Origin: Mustelus asterias
Taxonomy: Eukaryota
Length of the DNA: 64,000 nt
Direction of reading: 5' to 3'
NCBI RefSeq assembly: GCF_964213995.1
Contig: NC_135830.1
Span: 8,866,001 to 8,930,000, forward strand
Shown here in pieces: positions 49,718 to 63,122 of the stretch. Below the pieces are notes generated by a model. That model saw nothing but the letters and a program-made list of their open reading frames with translations, did not search any database and was not told where the DNA came from. Within the stretch, counting starts at the first letter, position 1. Every line of letters starts with the position of its first letter. The translations under genes and the position numbers were made by a program.

Positions 49718-50914
49718 TAGGGTAGCACAGTGGCACATAAGTTAAGACTGCTGCCTCAAGGCGCCAGGGTCCCAGGTTCGATTCCCAGTATGGATCACTG
49801 TCTGCGCGGAGTCTGCATCTTCTACCCGTGTCTGCATGGGTTTCCTCCGGGTGCGCCGGTCTCCTCCCACAGTCTGAAAGACATGCTGGCATCACCCTCA
49901 AATGCTTTGTGTGAAATAAGAAACGTTTTTTTTGACGCACTGACAGGAAATTTCGATTTTGACACCAGCACTTATTCGCATCTCGTTCAGTCTACAGCAG
50001 AATTTAATGGGTTTATAGGTGCAGACTAATATGGTTAATCAGCATCTGAAATATCTGACAGTAGTGTGTGCTCAAAAAGACAGATACAAGTCATACTGCA
50101 AGTGAACTAGAGGAAATGACGCACATTTCACACAAGATCTATTTTTAAATCGTTTTTCATCACTGAGAAACAGGAAAAGCCACTCAGAAAGATGAGAGAA
50201 TCGAGGCTCAGTGCGGATCGACTGGACTTTCCGGTAAAGGTCCGGAAGTTATGCGCCTAAATGTTTCAGGCCCATAATTAAAAGGCTCAAGTGTCACGAA
50301 CAGATAATTCTTGATTTTTCTCCATTTAAATGCAGTTGACTTTGTTTAAAAGCTGACCATAGTCAATCTCAAATTTGCGATCTGTATTTCCCGGTGATTC
50401 GATTCGTTCTGTTGGGCAGTTTTGTTTGCAATTCAGTGATGTTCAATTCATAATGAAGACATATATTTTAAATAACGCATTGATATTATATATTGAAACA
50501 AATACTGTGTACAATTGTACAATAAGCTTTGATAAAGTGTTATCTGGACTCTAAACGTCCGCCCTTTTCGCTCCTTACAGGTGCTGCCAGACATTGGGAG
50601 ATTTTGCAGCATTTTCTCTTTTCTCATCCGCAGTAATTTGCTTTTATTACTGAGTACAATTGATTGAGATGATTCGAAGAAAGATGAAGATGATGCATTA
50701 ACGAATGAGCAGAAATCATTGCTCCCTTAGATATTTGCCAGAAGAACGGTTTTGAATTTTGATGTTCGGGATAAGTCGTACAATCAGATTGAAAGTAACG
50801 GTTATCTTCCTGAATTCAGTCACATGGGCTCTCAGTCTCACCATCGGAACCTGCAGCATCACAGCGTAGTTGAACATTGCAGACAGGCAGATTTGCTCCA
50901 GTGCAATGACAGCT

Positions 50915-50987
50915 GTTTCTGTAGTGTAGTGGTTATCACATTTGCCTAACACGCGGAAGGTCCCTGGTTCGAAACCAGGCAGAAACG
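50915..50987 (+). tRNA. tRNA-Val(AAC) variant
   Basis: HOR copy of 40197. Confidence 0.7.
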
Positions 50988-52135
50988 TTCATTGAGCTTC
51001 CTCATGTCGCGTAAGGGAAAATTGATTGATTTTTGTTTGTTCCTCATCATTATACGAGCCTCGATGTTAACGGCATGTTATCATTGCTCTGACGTCACCC
51101 TCAATTGCTTTCTGTGAAATAAGAAACGCTTTTTTTTGACGCACTGACAGGAAAGTTCGATTTTGACACCAGCACTTATTCGCATCTCGTTCAGTCTACA
51201 GCAGAATTTAATGGGTTTATAGGTGCAGACTAATATGGTTAATCGCCATCTGAAATATCTGACAGTAGTGTGTGCTCAAAAAGACAGATACAAGTCATAC
51301 TGTAAGTGAACTCGAGGAAATGGCGCACATTTCACAGAAGAATCTTTTAAAAATCGTTTTCATCACTGAGAAATAGGAAAAGCCACTCAGACAGATGAGG
51401 GAATCGAGACTCAGTGCGGATCTACTGGACTTTCCTGTAATCGGCCGGAATTTATGCGCCTGAATGTTTCACGCCCGTAATAAAAAAGGCTCAACTGTCA
51501 CGAACAGATCATTCTTGATTCTCCTCCATTTAAATGCAGTTGACTTTGTTGAAAAGCTGACCAGAGTCAATCTCAAATTTGCGATCTGTATTTCCCGGTG
51601 ATTCGCTTCGTCCTGTTGGTCAGTTCTGTTTGCAATTCAGTGATGTTCAGTTTCAGAGATATTCAATTCATAATGAAGACATATGTGTTAAATAAGGCAT
51701 GGATATTAAATATTGAAAGAAATACTGTGTACAATTGTACAATGAGCTTTGATAAAGTGCCATCTGGATTCGAAACGTCCGCCCTTTTCGCTCCTTACAG
51801 GTGCTGCCAGACATTGGGAGATTTTGCAGCATTTTCTCTTTTCTCATCCGCAGTAATTTGCTTTTATTACTGAGTACAATTGATTGAGATGATTCGAAGA
51901 AAAATGAAAATGATGCATTAACGAATGGGCAGAAATCATTGCTCCCTTAGATATTTGCCAGAAGAACGGTTTTGAATTTTGATGTTCGGGATATGTCGCA
52001 CAATCAGATTGAAAGTGACGGTTATCTTCCTGAATTCAGTGACAATGGGCTCTCAGTCTAACCATCGGAACCTGCAGCAACACAGCGTAGTTGAACATTG
52101 CAGGCAGGCAGATTTGCTCCACTGCTATTCCAGCT

Positions 52136-52208
52136 GTTTCTGTAGTGTAGTGGTTATCACGTTCGCCTAACACGCGGAAGGTCCCTGGTTCGAAACGAGG
52201 CAGAAACA
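52136..52208 (+). tRNA. tRNA-Val(AAC) variant
   Basis: HOR copy of 41418. Confidence 0.7.
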
Positions 52209-52311
52209 TTCATTAAGCTTCCTCATGTCGTGGAAGGGAAAATTGCTTGTTTTCATTTCGTTGCTCATCATTATCCGAGCCTCGATGTGAAAGGCATGTT
52301 ATCATTAAGCT

Positions 52312-52384
52312 GTTTCTGTGGTGTCGTGGTTATCACATTCGCCTAACACGTGGAAAGTCACCGGTTCGAAACCAGGCAGAAACA
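52312..52384 (+). pseudogene. Degenerate tRNA-Val of the SINE cassette
   Basis: Copy of 36003. Confidence 0.83.
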
Positions 52385-53600
52385 TAGGGTAGCACAGTGG
52401 CACAGCAGTTAAGACTGCTGCCTCAAGGCGCCAGGGTCCCAGGTTCGATTCCCAGTTTGGATCACTGTCTGCGCGGAGTCTGCATCTTCTCCCCGTGTCT
52501 GCATGGGTTTCCTCCGGGTTCGCCGGTCTCCTCCCACTGTCTGAAAGACATGCTGGCATCACCCTCAAATGCTTTCTGTGAAATAAGAAACGTTTTTTTT
52601 GACGCACTGACAGGAAATTTCGATTTTGACACCAGCACTTATTCGCATCTCGTTCAGTCTACAGCAGAATTTAATGGGTTTATAGGTGCAGACTAATATG
52701 GTTAATCAGCATCTGAAATATCTGACAGTAGTGTGTGCTCAAAAAGACAGATACAAGTCATACTGCAAGTGAACTAGAGGAAATGACGCACATTTCACAC
52801 AAGATCTATTTTTAAATCGTTTTTCATCACTGCGAAACAGGAAAAGCCACTCCAAGACAGATGAGGGAATCGAGGCTCAGTGCGGATCTACTGGACTTTC
52901 CGGGAAAGGTCAGGAAGTTATGCGCCTAAATGTTTCAGGCCCATAATTAAAAAGGCTCAAGTGTCACGAACAGATAATTCTTGATTTTTCTCCATTTAAA
53001 TGCAGTTGACTCTGTTTAAAAGCTGACGACAGTCAATCTCAAATTTGCGATCTGTATTTCCCGGTGATTCGATTCGTTCTGTTGGGCAGTTTTGTTTGCA
53101 ATTCAGTGATGTTCAATTTCAGAGATATTCAATTCATAATGAAGACATATATGTTAAATAACGCATTGATATTAAATATTGAAACAAATACTGTGTACAA
53201 TTGTACAATAAGCTTTGATAAAGTGTCATCTGGACTCGAAACGTCCGCCCTTTTCACTCCTTACAGGTGCTGCCAGACATTGGGAGATTTTGCAGCATTT
53301 TCTCTTTTCTCATCCGCAGTAATTTGCTTTTATTACTCAGTACAATTGATTGAGATGATTCGAAGAAAGATGAAGATGATGCATTAACGAATGAGCAGAA
53401 ATCATTGCTCCCTTAGATATTTGCCAGAAGAACGGTTTTGAATTTTGATGTTCGGGATAAGTCGTACAATCAGATTGAAAGTAACGGTTATCTTCCTGAA
53501 TTCAGTCACATGGGCTCTCAGTCTCACCATCGGAACCTGCAGCATCACAGCGTAGTTGAACATTGCAGACAGGCAGATTTGCTCCAGTGCAATGACAGCT

Positions 53601-53673
53601 GTTTCTGTAGTGTAGTGGTTATCACATTCGCCTAACACGCGAAAGGTCCCTGGTTCGAAACCAGGCAGAAACG
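53601..53673 (+). tRNA. tRNA-Val(AAC) variant
   Basis: HOR copy of 42883. Confidence 0.8.
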
Positions 53674-54822
53674 TTCATTGAGCTTCCTCATGTCGCGTAA
53701 GGGAAAATTGATTGATTTTTGTTTGTTCCGAATCATTATACGAGCCTCGATGTTAACGGCATGTTATCATTGCTCTGACGTCACCCTCAAATGCTTCCTA
53801 TGAAATAAGAAACGCTTTTTTTTGACGCACTGACAGGAAAGTTCGATTTTGACACCGAACACTTATTCGCATCTCGTTCAGTCGACAACAGAATTTAATG
53901 GGTTTATAGGTGCAGACTAATATGGTTAATCGCCATCTGAAATATCTGACAGTAGTGTGTGCTCAAAAAGACAGATACAAGTCATACTGTAAGTGAACTC
54001 GAGGAAATGGCGCACATTTCACAGAAGAATCTTTTTAAAATCGTTTTCATCACTGAGAAATAGGAAAAGCCACTCAGACAGATGAGGGAATCGAGACTCA
54101 GTGCGGATCTACTGGACTTTCCTGTAATCGGCCGGAATTTATGCGCCTGAATGTTTCACGCCCGTAATAAAAAAGGCTCAACTGTCACGAACAGATCATT
54201 CTTGATTCTCCTCCATTTAAATGCAGTTGACTTTGTTGAAAAGCTGACCAGAGTCAATCTCAAATTTGTGATCTGTATTACCCGGTGATTCGCTTCGTTC
54301 TGTTGGTCAGTTATGTTTGCAATTCAGTGATGTTCAGTTTCAGAGATATTCAATTCATAATGAAGACATATGTGTTAAATAAGGCATGGATATTAAATAT
54401 TGAAAGAAATACTGTGTACAATTGTACAATGAGCTTTGATAAAGTGCCATCTGGATTCGAAACATCCGCCCTTTTCACTCCTTACAGGTGCTGCCAGACA
54501 TTGGGAGATTTTGCAGCATTTTCTCTTTTGTCATCCGCAGTAATTTGCTTTTATTACTGAGTACAAATGATTGAGATGATTCGAAGAAAAATGAAAATGA
54601 TGCATTAACGAATGGGCAGAAATCATTGCTCCCTTAGATATTTGCCAGAAGAACGGTTTTGAATTTTGATGTTCGGGATCAGTCGTACAATCAGATTGAA
54701 AGTGACGGTTATCTTCCTGAATTCAGTGACAATGGGCTCTCAGTCTAACCATCGGAACCTGCAGCAACACAGCGTAGTTGAACATTGCAGGCAGGCAGAT
54801 TTGCTCCACTGCTATTCCAGCT

Positions 54823-54895
54823 GTTTCTGTAGTGTAGTGGTTATCACGTTCGCCTAACACGCGGAAGGTCCCTGGTTCGAAACGAGGCAGAAACA
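54823..54895 (+). tRNA. tRNA-Val(AAC) variant
   Basis: Copy of the 41418 type. Confidence 0.7.
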
Positions 54896-54998
54896 TTCAT
54901 TAAGCTTCCTCATGTCGTGGAAGGGAAAATTGCTTGTTTTCATTTCGTTGCTCATCATTATCCGAGCCTCGATGTGAAAGGCATGTTATCATTAAGCT

Positions 54999-55071
54999 GT
55001 TTCTGTGGTGTCGTGGTTATCACATTCGCCTAACACGTGGAAAGTCACCGGTTCGAAACCAGGCAGAAACA
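54999..55071 (+). pseudogene. Degenerate tRNA-Val of the SINE cassette
   Basis: Copy of 36003. Confidence 0.83.
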
Positions 55072-56287
55072 TAGGGTAGCACAGTGGCACAGCAGTTAAG
55101 ACTGCTGCCTCAAGGCGCCAGGGTCCCAGGTTCGATTCCCAGTTTGGATCACTGTCTGCGCGGAGTCTGCATCTTCTCCCCGTGTCTGCATGGGTTTCCT
55201 CCGGGTTCGCCGGTCTCCTCCCACTGTCTGAAAGACATGCTGGCATCACCCTCAAATGCTTTCTGTGAAATAAGAAACGTTTTTTTTGACGCACTGACAG
55301 GAAATTTCGATTTTGACACCAGCACTTATTCGCATCTCGTTCAGTCTACAGCAGAATTTAATGGGTTTATAGGTGCAGACTAATATGGTTAATCAGCATC
55401 TGAAATATCTGACAGTAGTGTGTGCTCAAAAAGACAGATACAAGTCATACTGCAAGTGAACTAGAGGAAATGACGCACATTTCACACAAGATCTATTTTT
55501 AAATCGTTTTTCATCACTGCGAAACAGGAAAAGCCACTCCAAGACAGATGAGGGAATCGAGGCTCAGTGCGGATCTACTGGACTTTCCGGGAAAGGTCAG
55601 GAAGTTATGCGCCTAAATGTTTCAGGCCCATAATTAAAAAGGCTCAAGTGTCACGAACAGATAATTCTTGATTTTTCTCCATTTAAATGCAGTTGACTCT
55701 GTTTAAAAGCTGACGACAGTCAATCTCAAATTTGCGATCTGTATTTCCCGGTGATTCGATTCGTTCTGTTGGGCAGTTTTGTTTGCAATTCAGTGATGTT
55801 CAATTTCAGAGATATTCAATTCATAATGAAGACATATATGTTAAATAACGCATTGATATTAAATATTGAAACAAATACTGTGTACAATTGTACAATAAGC
55901 TTTGATAAAGTGTCATCTGGACTCGAAACGTCCGCCCTTTTCACTCCTTACAGGTGCTGCCAGACATTGGGAGATTTTGCAGCATTTTCTCTTTTCTCAT
56001 CCGCAGTAATTTGCTTTTATTACTCAGTACAATTGATTGAGATGATTCGAAGAAAGATGAAGATGATGCATTAACGAATGAGCAGAAATCATTGCTCCCT
56101 TAGATATTTGCCAGAAGAACGGTTTTGAATTTTGATGTTCGGGATAAGTCGTACAATCAGATTGAAAGTAACGGTTATCTTCCTGAATTCAGTCACATGG
56201 GCTCTCAGTCTCACCATCGGAACCTGCAGCATCACAGCGTAGTTGAACATTGCAGACAGGCAGATTTGCTCCAGTGCAATGACAGCT

Positions 56288-56360
56288 GTTTCTGTAGTGT
56301 AGTGGTTATCACATTCGCCTAACACGCGAAAGGTCCCTGGTTCGAAACCAGGCAGAAACG
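56288..56360 (+). tRNA. tRNA-Val(AAC) variant
   Basis: Copy of the 42883 type. Confidence 0.8.
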
Positions 56361-57508
56361 TTCATTGAGCTTCCTCATGTCGCGTAAGGGAAAATTGATT
56401 GATTTTTGTTTGTTCCGAATCATTATACGAGCCTCGATGTTAACGGCATGTTATCATTGCTCTGACGTCACCCTCAAATGCTTTCTATGAAATAAGAAAC
56501 GCTTTTTTTTGACGCACTGACAGGAAAATTCGATTTTGACACCGAACACTTATTCGCATCTCGTTCAGTCGACAACAGAATTTAATGGGTTTATAGGTGC
56601 AGACTAATATGGTTAATCGCCATCTGAAATATCTGACAGTAGTGTGTGCTCAAAAAGACAGATACAAGTCATACTGTAAGTGAACTCGAGGAAATGGCGC
56701 ACATTTCACAGAAGAATCTTTTTAAAATCGTTTTCATCACTGAGAAATAGGAAAAGCCACTCAGACAGATGAGGGAATCGAGACTCAGTGCGGATCTACT
56801 GGACTTTCCTGTAATCGGCCGGAATTTATGCGCCTGAATGTTTCACGCCCGTAATAAAAAAGGCTCAACTGTCACGAACAGATCATTCTTGATTCTCCTC
56901 CATTTAAATGCAGTTGACTTTGTTGAAAAGCTGACCAGAGTCAATCTCAAATTTGTGATCTGTATTACCCGGTGATTCGCTTCGTTCTGTTGGTCAGTTA
57001 TGTTTGCAATTCAGTGATGTTCAGTTTCAGAGATATTCAATTCATAATGAAGACATATGTGTTAAATAAGGCATGGATATTAAATATTGAAAGAAATACT
57101 GTGTACAATTGTACAATGAGCTTTGATAAAGTGCCATCTGGATTCGAAACATCCGCCCTTTTCACTCCTTACAGGTGCTGCCAGACATTGGGAGATTTTG
57201 CAGCATTTTCTCTTTTGTCATCCGCAGTAATTTGCTTTTATTACTGAGTACAAATGATTGAGATGATTCGAAGAAAAATGAAAATGATGCATTAACGAAT
57301 GGGCAGAAATCATTGCTCCCTTAGATATTTGCCAGAAGAACGGTTTTGAATTTTGATGTTCGGGATCAGTCGTACAATCAGATTGAAAGTGACGGTTATC
57401 TTCCTGAATTCAGTCACATGGGCTCTCAGTCTCACCATCGGAACCTGCAGCAACACAGCGTAGTTGAACATTGCAGACAGGCAGATTTGCTCCACTGCTC
57501 TTCCAGCT

Positions 57509-57581
57509 GTTTCTGTAGTGTAGTGGTTATCACGTTCGCCTAACACGCGAAAAGTCCCTGGTTCGAAACCAGGCAGAAACA
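57509..57581 (+). tRNA. tRNA-Val(AAC)
   Basis: HOR copy of 44104. Confidence 0.88.
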
Positions 57582-57684
57582 TTCATTAAGCTTCCTCATG
57601 TCGTGGAAGGGAAAATTGCTTGTTTTCAGTTCGTTGCTCATCATTATCCGAGCCTCGATGTGAAAGGCATGTTATCATTAAGCT

Positions 57685-57757
57685 GTTTCTGTGGTGTCGT
57701 GGTTATCACATTCGCCTAACACGTGGAAAATCATCGGTTCGAAACCAGGCAGAAACA
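57685..57757 (+). pseudogene. Degenerate tRNA-Val of the SINE cassette
   Basis: Copy of 44280. Confidence 0.83.
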
Positions 57758-58969
57758 TAGGGTAGCACAGTGGCACAGCAGTTAAGACTGCTGCCTCAAG
57801 GCGCCAGGGTCCCAGGTTCGATTCCCTGTTTGGATCACTGTCTGCGCGGAGTCTGCATCTTCTCCCCGTGTCTGCATGGGTTTCCTCCGGGTGCGCCGGT
57901 CTCCTCCCACAGTCTGAAAGACATGCTGGCATCGCCCTCAAATGCTTTGTGTGAAATAAGAAACGTTTTTTTTGACGCACTGACAGGAAATTTCGATTTT
58001 GACACCAGCACTTATTCGCATCTCGTTCAGTCTACAGCAGAATTTAATGGGTTTATAGGTGCAGACTAATATGGTTAATCAGCATCTGAAATAACTGACA
58101 GTAGTGTGTGCTCAAAAAGACAGATACAAGTCATACTGCAAGTGAACTAGAGGAAATGACGTACATTTCACACAAGATCTATTTTTAAATCGTTTTTCAT
58201 CACTGAGAAACAGGAAAAGCCACTCAGACAGATGAGAGAATCGAGGCTCAGTGCGGATCTACTGGACTTTCCGGGAAAGGTCCGGAAGTTATGCGCCTAA
58301 ATGTTTCAGGCCCATAATTAAAAGGCTCAAGTGTCACGAACAGATAATTCTTGATTTTTCTCCATTTAAATGCAGTTGACTTTGTTTAAAAGCTGACGAT
58401 AGTCAATCTCAAATTTGCGATCTGTATTTCCCGGTGATTCGATTCGTTCTGTTGGGCAGTTATGTTTGCAATTCAGTGATGTTCAATTTCAGAGATATTC
58501 AATTCATAATGAAGACATATATGTTAAATAACGCATTGATATTAAATAGTGAAACAAATACTGAGTACAATTGTACAATAAGCTTTGATAAAGTGTCATC
58601 TGGACTCGAAACATCCGCCCTTTTCACTCCTTACAGGTGCTGCCAGACATTGGGAGATTTTGCAGCATTTTCTCTTTTCTCATCCGCAGTAATTTGCTTT
58701 TATTACTGAGTACAATTGATTGAGATGATTCGAAGAAAGGTGAAGATGATGCATTAACGAATGAGCAGAAATCATTGCTCCCTTAGATATTTGCCAGAAG
58801 AACGGTTTTGAATTTGATGTTCGGGATAAGTCGTACAATCAGATTGAAAGTAACGGTTATCTTCCTGAATTCAGTCACATGGGCTCTCAGTCTCACCATC
58901 GGAACCTGCAGCATCACAGCGTAGTTGAACATTGCAGACAGGCAGATTTGCTCCAGTGCAATGACAGCT

Positions 58970-59042
58970 ATTTCTGTAGTGTAGTGGTTATCACATTCGC
59001 CTAACCCGCGAAAGGTCCCTGGTTCGAAACCAGGCAGAAACG
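58970..59042 (+). pseudogene. tRNA-Val(AAC), probably non-functional
   Basis: HOR copy of 45565. Confidence 0.75.
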
Positions 59043-60190
59043 CTCATTGAGCTTCCTCATGTCGCGTAAGGGAAAATTGATTGTTTTTTGTTTGTTCCGA
59101 ATCATTCTCCGAGCCTCGATGTTCACGGCATGTTATCATTGCTCTGACGTCACCCTCAATTGCTTTCTGTGAAATAAGAAACGCTTTTTTTTGACGCACT
59201 GACAGGAAAGTTCGATTTTGACACCGAACACTTATTCGCATCTCGTTCAGTCTACAGCAGAATTTAATGGGTTTACAGGTGCAGACTAATATGGTTAATC
59301 AGCATCTGAAATATCTGACAGTAGTGTGTGCTCAAAAAGACAGATACAAGTCATACTGCAAGTGAACTAGAGGAAATGACGCACATTTCACACAAGATCT
59401 ATTTTTAAATCGTTTTTCATCACTGAGAAACAGGAAAAGCCACTCAGACAGATGAGAGAATCGAGGCTCAGTGCGTATCTACTGGACTTTCCGGTAAAGG
59501 TCCGGAAGTTATGCGCCTAAATGTTTCAGGCCCATAATTAAAAGGCTCAAGTGTCACGAACAGATAATTCTTGATTTTTCTCCATTTAAATGCAGTTGAC
59601 TTTGTTTAAAAGCTGACGATAGTCAATCTCAAATTTGCGATCTGTATTTCCCGGTGATTCGATTCGTTCTGTTGGGCAGTTTTGTTTGCAATTCAGTGAT
59701 GTTCAATTTCAGAGATATTCAATTCATAATGAAGACATATGTGTTAAATAAGGCATGGATATTAAATATTGAAAGAAATACTGTGTACAATTGTACAATG
59801 AGCTTTGATAAAGTGCCATCTGGATTCGAAACATCCGCCCTTTTCACTCCTTACAGGTGCTGCCAGACATTGGGAGATTTTGCAGCATTTTCTCTTTTGT
59901 CATCCGCAGTAATTTGCTTTTATTACTGAGTACAATTGATTGAGATGATTCGAAGAAAAATGAAAATGATGCATTAACGAATGGGCAGAAATCATTGCTC
60001 CCTTAGATATTTGCCAGAAGAACGGTTTTGAGTTTTGATGTTCGGGATAAGTCGTACAATCAGATTGAAAGTGACGGTTATCTTCCTGAATTCAGTGACA
60101 TGGGCTCTCAGTCTCACCATCGGAACCTGCAGCATCACAGCGTAGTTGAACATTGCAGACAGGCAGATTTGCTCCAGTGCAATGGTAGCT

Positions 60191-60263
60191 GTTTCTGTAG
60201 TGTAGTGGTTATCACATTCGCCTAACACGCGAAAGGTCCCTGGTTCGAAACCAGGCAGAAACA
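60191..60263 (+). tRNA. tRNA-Val(AAC)
   Basis: HOR copy of 46786. Confidence 0.87.
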
Positions 60264-61411
60264 CTCATTGAGCTTCCTCATGTCGCGTATGGGAAAATTG
60301 ATTGATTTTTGTTTGTTCCTAATAATTATACGAGCCTCGATGTTAACGGCATGTTATCATTGCTCTGACATCACCCTCAAATGCTTTCTGTGAAATAAGA
60401 AACGCTTTTTTTTGACGCACTGACAGGAAAATTCGATTTTGACACCGAACACTTATTCGCATCTCGTTCAGTCTACAACAGAATTTAATGGGTTTATAGG
60501 TGCAGACTAATATGGTTAATCGCCATCTGAAATATCTGACAGTAGTGTGTGCTCAAAAAGACAGATACAAGTCATACTGTAAGTGAACTCGAGGAAATGG
60601 CGCACATTTCACAGAAGAATCTTTTTAAAATCGTTTTCATCACTGAGAAATAGGAAAAGCCACTCAGACAGATGAGGGAATCGAGACTCAGTGCGGATCT
60701 ACTGGACTTTCCTGTAATCGGCCGGAATTTATGCGCCTGAATGTTTCACGCCCGTAATAAAAAAGGCTCAACTGTCACGAACAGATCATTCTTGATCCAA
60801 CTCCATTTAAATGCAGTTGACTTTGTTTAAAAGCTGACGATAGTCAATCTCAAATTTGCGATCTGTATTTCCCGGTGATTCGATTCGTTCTGTTGGGCAG
60901 TTTTGTTTGCAATTCAGTGATGTTCAATTTCAGAGATATTCAATTCATAATGAAGACATATATGTTAAATAACGCATTGATATTAAATATTGAAAGAAAT
61001 ACTGAGTACAATTGTACAATGAGCTTTGATAAAGTGTCATCTGGACTCGAAACAGCCGCCCTTTTCACTCCTTACAGGTGCTGCCAGACATTGGGAGATT
61101 TTGCAGCATTTTCTCTTTTCTCATCCGCAGTAATTTGCTTTTATTACTGAGTACAAATGATTGAGATGATTCGAAGAAAGATGAAGATGATGCATTAACG
61201 AATGAGCAGAAATCATTGCTCCCTTAGATATTTGCCAGAAGAAGGATTTTGAATTTTGATGTTCGGGATAAGTCGTACAATCAGATTGAAAGTGACGGTT
61301 ATCTTCCTGAATTCAGTCACATGGGCTCTCAGTCTCACCATCGGAACCTGCAGCAACACAGCGTAGTTGAACATTGCAGACAGGCAGATTTGCTCCACTG
61401 CTCTTCCAGCT

Positions 61412-61484
61412 GTTTCTGTAGTGTAGTGGTTATCACGTTCGCCTAACACGCGAAAAGTCCCTGGTTCGAAACCAGGCAGAAACA
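61412..61484 (+). tRNA. tRNA-Val(AAC)
   Basis: HOR copy of 37289/48007. Confidence 0.88.
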
Positions 61485-61587
61485 TTCATTAAGCTTCCTC
61501 GTGTCGTGGAAGGGAAAATTGCTTGTTTTCAGTTCGTTGCTCATCATTATCCGAGCCTCGATGTGAAAGGCATGTTATCATTAAGCT

Positions 61588-61660
61588 GTTTCTGTGGTGT
61601 CGTGGTTATCACATTCGCCTAACACGTGGAAAGTCACCGGTTCGAAACCAGGCAGAAACA
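61588..61660 (+). pseudogene. Degenerate tRNA-Val of the SINE cassette
   Basis: Copy of 36003. Confidence 0.83.
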
Positions 61661-62873
61661 TAGGGTAGCACAGTGGCACAGCAGTTAAGACTGCTGCCTC
61701 AAGGCGCCAGGGTCCCAGGTTCGATTCCCAGTTTGGATCACTGTCTGCGCGGAGTCTGCATCTTCTCCCCGTGTCTGCATGGATTGCCTCCGGGTGCGCC
61801 GATCTCCTCCCACTGTCTGAAAGACATGCTGGCATCACCCTCAAATGCTTTGTGTGAAATAAGAAACGTTTTTTTTGACGCACTGACAGGAAATTTCGAT
61901 TTTGACACCAGCACTTATTCGCATCTCGTTCAGTCTACAGCAGAATTTAATGGGTTTATAGGTGCAGACTAATATGGTTAATCAGCATCTGAAATATCTG
62001 ACAGTAGTGTGTGCTCAAAAAGACAGATACAAGTCATACTGCAAGTGAACTAGAGGAAATGACGCACATTTCACACGAGATCTATTTTTAAATCGTTTTT
62101 CATCACTGAGAAACAGGAAAAGCCACTCAGACAGATGAGGGAATCGAGGCTCAGTGCGGATCTACTGGACTTTCCGGTAAAGGTCCGGAAGTTATGCGCC
62201 TAAATGTTTCAGGCCCATAATTAAAAGGCTCAAGCGTCACGAACAGATCATTCTTGATTTTTCTCCATTTAAATGCAGTTGACTTTGTTTAAAAGCTGAC
62301 GATAGTCAATCTCAAATTTGCGATCTGTATTTCGCGGTGATTCGATTCGTTCTGTTGGGCAGTTTTGTTTGCAATTCAGTGATGTTCAGTTTCAGAGATA
62401 TTCAATTCATAATGAAGACCTATATGTTAAATAACGCATTGATATTAAATATTGAAACAAATACTGAGTACAATTGTACAATGAGCTTTGATAAAGTGCC
62501 ATCTGGACTCGAAACGTCCGCCCTTTTCATTCCTTACAGGTGCTGCCAGACATTGGGAGATTTTGCAGCATTTTCTCTTTTCTCATCCGCAGTAATTTGC
62601 TTTTATTACTGAGTACAATTGATTGAGATGATTCGAAGAAAGATGAAGATGATGCATTAACGAATGAGCAGAAATCATTGCTCCCTTAGATATTTGCCAG
62701 AAGAAGGATTTTGAATTTTGATGTTCGGGATAAGTCGTACAATCAGATTGAAAGTGACGGTTATCTTCCTGAATTCAGTCACATGGGCTCTCAGTCTCAC
62801 CATCGGAACCTGCAGCATCACAGCGTAGTTGAACATTGCAGACAGGCAGATTTGCTCCACTGCTATTCCAGCT

Positions 62874-62946
62874 GTTTCTGTAGTGTAGTGGTTATCACGT
62901 TTGCCTAACACGCGAAAGGTCCCTGGTTCGAAACCAGGCAGAAACA
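62874..62946 (+). tRNA. tRNA-Val(AAC) variant
   Basis: CACGTTTGCC (G-U in the anticodon stem). Confidence 0.8.
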
Positions 62947-63049
62947 TTCATTAAGCTTCCTCATGTCGTGGAAGGGAAAATTGCTTGTTTTCAGTTCGTT
63001 GCTCATCATTATCCGAGCCTCGATGTGAAAGGCATGTTATCATTAAGCT

Positions 63050-63122
63050 GTTTCTGTGGTGTCGTGGTTATCACATTCGCCTAACACGTGGAAAATCACC
63101 GGTTCGAAACCAGGCAGAAACA
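63050..63122 (+). pseudogene. Degenerate tRNA-Val of the SINE cassette
   Basis: Copy of 36003. Confidence 0.83.
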
